A DNA stretch of 10,206 nt. Origin: Candidatus Thorarchaeota archaeon. Its GTDB lineage: Archaea; Asgardarchaeota; Thorarchaeia; Thorarchaeales; Thorarchaeaceae. Position numbers and translations under genes: made by a program. Under the pieces are notes generated by a model. That model was not told where the DNA came from, searched no databases, and saw only the letters and a list, made by a program, of their open reading frames with translations. Below are positions 5,855 through 10,206 of the stretch, piece by piece (the stretch's first letter is position 1; each line of letters starts with the position of its first letter). Location of the stretch: assembly GCA_046758445.1 (NCBI GenBank), contig JBHIAE010000079.1:1-10206 (forward strand), in the 5' to 3' direction.

Positions 5855-8800
5855 CTAATAGATCCAGAAGTAGGTGATAGAAGCCCTCATCTCCTCTTCA
5901 GACCAACCGACCTCTTGAGCAGTGTCTTTAATTCCCAATTCGCCCAAACGCCTCGCAAGTGCGTTGACCTCGCCTGTTTCTCCAATCTTTGATTGCAGAA
6001 TGATGAGATTGTTGATTGATCTGATAAGGGACTGCTGATGGATTCTTGGTTCCACAGTAGTCAGTTCCTCCAGGATTGTTATGGCTTCTCTAAATGCTTC
6101 CTCAGAATCTCCTGTTCGGTCATCTCTCATCAAGACTATGCCAAGGTTGTTCAGGCAGGAAGCTATCTTCGGCAGAAAGACTTCTTCTGACTTCTTCCAC
6201 AGTTCCCGTCTCATTCCAAGACATTCTTCGAGTTTCTCTTCAGCTTTGGTGTTCTCACCAGTTTCAGATAACAACACACCGAGGTTATTGAGAGCAGTAG
6301 TGTAGTTATGGAGGAAGAGCTCTGGAGTTTTGTCCGCCAAACGTTTCAGCATCTCAATCGCCTTCTGATAGGATTTCAGTGAATCTCGGTTACTACTCTT
6401 GCTTCTGAGAAACACTCCATAGTTGTTCAGAATAACCGCCTGAAGTTCACACAAAAAGACGGCGTCTGGAAAGTCGTTGACAAGCCTCTTGGAAATATCC
6501 AGTGCTTCACGGTATGCCTTTTCTGCCTCAGAAGCCTTGCCTGCATGCCTTAGAGTTATCGCCAAGCTGTTCAGCACGTCTGCAACAATGTCTTTGTATC
6601 GATTTGGAAATAGCTCTGCTGCTTGTCTGTAGAATACGAGAGACCGAGTGTATGCATTCTCCGCCTCTGGGTATTTTCCATCTCTATGAAGGAAATCCGC
6701 TAGATTCCTTAGGCTAAGTGCAATGAACACCTCTCCCCGTTCTGGCTCATCCTCACTCGCTTCCTCGGCAGCATTTTGAGCCTCTCTAAACGATTTCTCA
6801 GCTTCACTAAGTTTCCCTATCTGCAGCTGAAGAATTCCCCTGTTTACGAGTGGATCCACCAAATACGACAGCAACTGACGGTCCATCTCCACAAGCGTTC
6901 TACCTATTTTGACAAAATCATCAAGAACGGTCATGGCCTCGGATGTCCTAGAAAGGAATCTGAGGCATGTCCCAATAATGGCATAGCTAAAGTAATCTGT
7001 TAGGAAGCTTCCCTTGATCTCGAGAGCTCTTCGAGCCATATCTTCAGCCTCATCTGCCTTTCCTAGTTGGAGCAAAACGATGGCGAAACCTGCTAGCAAT
7101 ACTTGATACATTCGAGAATTATGTTGTCCCTCAAATGAACTGAGGTCCTGAAATGTTTTCATCACTCTCTCTTGAAGTTCCAGGGCCTGTCGATATTCCA
7201 CTTCTGCTTCTCCATATCTCTTCGTAAGCTGCAAGAGATCACCAAGCGTGGAACGCATCAACGCTACAGAACTCAAACTATACCCAGGAGTTCTTTCATC
7301 AAGGCTTGTCGCTCTTCTGATTCCGTTTCGCATCGCCTCCTCGGCCTCAACAAGTCTGTCCAAGCCTATGTACAGTGAAGCAAGACCCGAATGAGCTTCA
7401 GCTACCCAATAGCGAACATCATCCGACATACCGCTTGGAATATGGTCTGCCAAGTCCATTACTTCTCTATAATCTCGTTCTGCTTCGACGACCCTCTTCA
7501 ATGCTGTGAATATCCATCCCCTGGCTGTGATTCTGCAGGCATGACCTCCCAGTGTATTGATTCTATTGTACTCGTGGAATGTAAGGGCGTCAGCAAGAGC
7601 GCCCTTATACATCAAGTCGGTGGATGTTTGAGTCAGTTTGGTGATTGCCTCACTCTCAGATGCTAGCGAACGAACAGCAACTGATAGTCCAAGAAAAGCA
7701 TAGTCATATTCCTTCTCAAATGCGCTTTCGAGGCGGTTGGCTGCTTCAGTCGCCAGTTCCGCTATCCTATGTTCCATTTCCTTGACAATGAGATCTCTTG
7801 CCAGATTATGAAGCGTGAACGTGCCATCGCCACGGTCTCTAATGAAGCTAAGATGAATTAACCTAGTCCATTGATCCGAGTCCATTTCTGGTGCAATGAT
7901 ATTCAACACTCGTCTATCGAAGAACGGGACTAGTCCAGTTTGATTCACCAATCCCCTGAGATCTTCTACTTGACTGAATAGCCTTCTCCATGTCTTGAGG
8001 CGAACCTCATCTAAGGTGTCTGCACGAAGATTTTCAACTGATTCAAGTGAGAGTAAGCCAGAATCTGCCACATCACAGATGGTGCCGATAACAAAAGGAT
8101 TACCGCCACTTACACTGACAATTCTCTCTTGAATCTCGGGATCTGTTATCTGCCTCAATCTCAGAAGTTCAAGACAACTCTCTCTTTCTAGCTCTGTAAG
8201 CTCAGACTCCTCAATACCAATTCCAGTCTTGTCAGGAACTGCCCTTCTACTTGCCATCACTCCCACAATGTTGGACAAGGACGACAAGAAGACCCGCCAG
8301 AGTTCAGGCTCAGCTATCTCCTTCCCATCATATCGCCAATGAGTAGACTCCGCATCCACATATTCGAAATGGTCAAAGAGGAATAGGATCGGCTGGTCCA
8401 TACTCTTACGGTCATTGAAGTCCTCAAGTAATGCATCCAGGTACAGGAATTCAGCGTGATGGGGGTCCTTCCAGAGTATCTCAAGGAGTCTCTCAACGTG
8501 ATTCTTTCCCAGTGTTTCCTGGAGCCAATGCCCGACTGTTCCATACCTCCCCTTCAGCTTCGGAGTAACTTTCGAACTAACGGCACTAATCGCACTGCCA
8601 ATCGCAGCAAGAGATCCGATGAATGGAATTGCGTTGATGATGTCCATTGCCCATTCTCTACCAGACTCCTTGACTGGTTCAACTCCCTGAACAAACCGCT
8701 GCCTTATCTGCCAGAGAACATCGAACCTTCGCAACGGAATTCCGAGCAAGACTGCCTCTTTAGCAAGGACATTCAAACGATCATAGAACTCTGTATACTG

Positions 8801-8998
8801 CTGACAATCCAGAACTATGGTTGATGCTACTGTCTTCTTCCAATACTCAAGAAGCGAGCTCTTTCCAATTCCCCCAATTCCACGAAGATGTAAAACAACG
8901 CTCTTCTCTTCGCACCGTTTCAGAGCCTCATCCATCCAATCGAGATACTCTTCTCTATCTACAAAGATCTTCTCAGAAGGCTCGAAGTTTTTGTACAT
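5855..8998 (-). CDS. STAND-class (NLR-like) P-loop NTPase with winged-helix and C-terminal TPR sensor repeats
   Basis: N-terminal FVDREE; Walker A GIGGIGKS (aa 40-47); Walker B ILFLFDHFE (204-212); sensor-1-like GVMASRR (246-252); LTELERESCLELL; GxP motif SGGNPF (297-302); WHD motif FTLHNLARD (394-402); TPR-like repeats at aa ~485-1010. Confidence 0.92.
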   Translation of the reverse strand: MYKNFEPSEKIFVDREEYLDWMDEALKRCEEKSVVLHLRGIGGIGKSSLLEYWKKTVASTIVLDCQQYTEFYDRLNVLAKEAVLLGIPLRRFDVLWQIRQRFVQGVEPVKESGREWAMDIINAIPFIGSLAAIGSAISAVSSKVTPKLKGRYGTVGHWLQETLGKNHVERLLEILWKDPHHAEFLYLDALLEDFNDRKSMDQPILFLFDHFEYVDAESTHWRYDGKEIAEPELWRVFLSSLSNIVGVMASRRAVPDKTGIGIEESELTELERESCLELLRLRQITDPEIQERIVSVSGGNPFVIGTICDVADSGLLSLESVENLRADTLDEVRLKTWRRLFSQVEDLRGLVNQTGLVPFFDRRVLNIIAPEMDSDQWTRLIHLSFIRDRGDGTFTLHNLARDLIVKEMEHRIAELATEAANRLESAFEKEYDYAFLGLSVAVRSLASESEAITKLTQTSTDLMYKGALADALTFHEYNRINTLGGHACRITARGWIFTALKRVVEAERDYREVMDLADHIPSGMSDDVRYWVAEAHSGLASLYIGLDRLVEAEEAMRNGIRRATSLDERTPGYSLSSVALMRSTLGDLLQLTKRYGEAEVEYRQALELQERVMKTFQDLSSFEGQHNSRMYQVLLAGFAIVLLQLGKADEAEDMARRALEIKGSFLTDYFSYAIIGTCLRFLSRTSEAMTVLDDFVKIGRTLVEMDRQLLSYLVDPLVNRGILQLQIGKLSEAEKSFREAQNAAEEASEDEPERGEVFIALSLRNLADFLHRDGKYPEAENAYTRSLVFYRQAAELFPNRYKDIVADVLNSLAITLRHAGKASEAEKAYREALDISKRLVNDFPDAVFLCELQAVILNNYGVFLRSKSSNRDSLKSYQKAIEMLKRLADKTPELFLHNYTTALNNLGVLLSETGENTKAEEKLEECLGMRRELWKKSEEVFLPKIASCLNNLGIVLMRDDRTGDSEEAFREAITILEELTTVEPRIHQQSLIRSINNLIILQSKIGETGEVNALARRLGELGIKDTAQEVGWSEEEMRASITYFWIY
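5969..7546 (-). repeat. Protein-level array of ~11-12 long TPR-like repeats (~46 aa period)
   Basis: The EAE motif or equivalent recurs at aa 505, 551, 597, 650, 687, 732, 778, 824, 872, 918 and 964. The last repeats carry LNSLA/LNNYG/LNNLG/LNNLG/INNL. Degenerate at the DNA level. Confidence 0.85.
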
Positions 8999-9049
8999 TC
9001 ACTGGACCCCAGGTACGCGGTAGCATCATTCAGGCATCTTCCACATAAG

Positions 9050-9514
9050 CTAGTCGGTCAAATCCTGCATCAGTTCCTGGGCAAACTCTTCCGCAAGCTT
9101 GAGGTCTTCAGCATTAGGTCTACCCTTGTTCATTCCGCCAAAGAACCTAAGGAAACTGTTGGTGTTGAACCCTGGACAATTGAATTCGCCAACAATCATG
9201 TAGCCTTTGGACTGCAATTCCTCCCTGAGCGGCGTGTGAAATTCGGCGGCATAGCTTGTGACACCACTGGTTGAGAAAATGAATGCCTTCCCGTCGGTCA
9301 CTTGCGGCACTTTCTCGACAAGTTCAAGCAGAGTTCTGTGATGTTTCTCGTCATATATCCCAGAGCCAAATCCTACCAGACTATACTCCGGAAGCTCTTC
9401 AGGTTTCGTTTCATGTGGCTTCCTCACCTGTGCATCAAGGACCTTCGCAATGGTGTTGGCGATCTTCTCAGTATTCTTGTGGTGAAAGGAAAACACCACC
9501 AACAGAGACTTCAT
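9050..9514 (-). CDS. Flavodoxin family protein
   Basis: FMN phosphate loop SFHHKNTEKIA, GFGSGIY, AFIFSTSG, GEFNCPG, and KGRPNAEDL..AEEFA. Likely start is MKSLLV (ATG 9514) rather than 9568, because the fold begins at this strand. Confidence 0.9.
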   Translation of the reverse strand: MKSLLVVFSFHHKNTEKIANTIAKVLDAQVRKPHETKPEELPEYSLVGFGSGIYDEKHHRTLLELVEKVPQVTDGKAFIFSTSGVTSYAAEFHTPLREELQSKGYMIVGEFNCPGFNTNSFLRFFGGMNKGRPNAEDLKLAEEFAQELMQDLTD

Positions 9515-9582
9515 TCGCAACACGTCGTTCCTTGTTCTTCCTTTGGATGAATACCGAGCCATCCTCATAATGGGTCGTTAAT

Positions 9583-10206
9583 CTACCTTAGGCCCAGAAT
9601 CGTTGCTATGTTCGCATCTGAATCTATCTTTGGTTCGATCATTCCATTGCTCGAGGTGAACAGGGTAGTAACACCTGGCCCGTGACCCGAGATGACACAA
9701 TCACTGTGCACAACAATCCCAACAGAGACTGCACCTTCTTTGTATATCCGGCCGAATGAATGGTCTGCGTTCAAGATTGCAACCAGGTCTCCGAACCTAA
9801 GGCTATCAAGTCCGTATTCCTCTTTTGTGCCCTCGTCGAACAACTGAATGTCATAGTCACCCGAATATGTTTGAGATTGTCCAAGTCCAGAACCCATTAT
9901 CTTCGCTGGCACTCTGTGTGTCACTGGAATTCCAAGTTTCCCGTCTTGGCCATGGAGCTTCATCTTCGATAGGAATCCTGGATCCAAGTTCATGACCTTC
10001 ACCTCAGGAAAGTCAGGGAGTTCCAACCCGACACCGTATGCTTTCACTTGCATTTTGTCGCCAATCACAAGTTTGTCCATTACTTCCTCTGAGAAGTCCA
10101 CCATGACATGCTCAATGCCACCATGTTTCCCCACAACAGTGCCCTTCTCGCCTTTTGCCTCGCCAGTTGTAACCGAAGCTACATTGCCAACACATGAGAG
10201 GATGTT
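9583..10206 (-). CDS. DUF4438 family protein (TM1086-like), 5'-truncated by the window edge
   Basis: The frame is open to 10206 (NILSCVGNVASVTTGEAKGEKGTVVGKHGG...), so the track start at 10134 is internal. Motifs: CVGN.A.V.TG.AKG, GKHGGIEHV, MGSGLG, GDYDI, LRFGDLVAI, VHSDC..SGHGPG. Confidence 0.88.
   Translation of the reverse strand, partial: NILSCVGNVASVTTGEAKGEKGTVVGKHGGIEHVMVDFSEEVMDKLVIGDKMQVKAYGVGLELPDFPEVKVMNLDPGFLSKMKLHGQDGKLGIPVTHRVPAKIMGSGLGQSQTYSGDYDIQLFDEGTKEEYGLDSLRFGDLVAILNADHSFGRIYKEGAVSVGIVVHSDCVISGHGPGVTTLFTSSNGMIEPKIDSDANIATILGLR

Noticed and set aside
5969-7546. Diversity-generating retroelement or DNA tandem repeat in the TPR region
   Set aside because: No near-identical nucleotide repeat pair was seen and there is no reverse transcriptase in the window.
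5855-8998. Assignment as malT or a named Avs antiphage system
   Set aside because: No LuxR HTH and no recognisable effector domain, and the neighbours are not defence genes.
9545-9564. GGATG...CATCC hairpin between DUF4438 and flavodoxin
   Set aside because: Short stem with no U-tract, too weak to call a terminator.
500-9972. All other short plus-strand ORFs, and the minus-strand ORFs 3982-4170 and 8314-8544
   Set aside because: They overlap well-supported genes on the opposite strand or in another frame and have no motifs.

Overview
All ten credible coding regions lie on the minus strand. In transcription order (right to left) they are: a 5'-truncated DUF4438-type protein, a flavodoxin-fold protein, and a 1047-aa STAND (NLR-like) NTPase with about 11-12 long ~46-aa TPR-like repeats but no recognisable effector or DNA-binding domain. 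Then comes a 5.7-kb cassette of three divergent Zn-independent MDR (quinone-reductase-like) oxidoreductases interleaved with a DUF4386-like and an unknown 4-TM membrane protein, followed by a membrane-anchored alpha/beta hydrolase and a 3'-truncated DUF6326-like membrane protein. TATA-like boxes 35-47 bp upstream of three starts and a GGTGA-type RBS suggest an archaeal host. The STAND-TPR style suggests Asgard (Thorarchaeia-like), but that is inference only. The most interesting candidate system is the effector-less NLR-like sensor, which has a hydrophobic insert inside its NTPase domain and sits directly upstream of a membrane/redox/hydrolase cassette whose putative promoter carries a perfect palindrome. 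No RNA genes, mobile elements or CRISPR arrays are supported. Family names are from motif recognition, not database searches.
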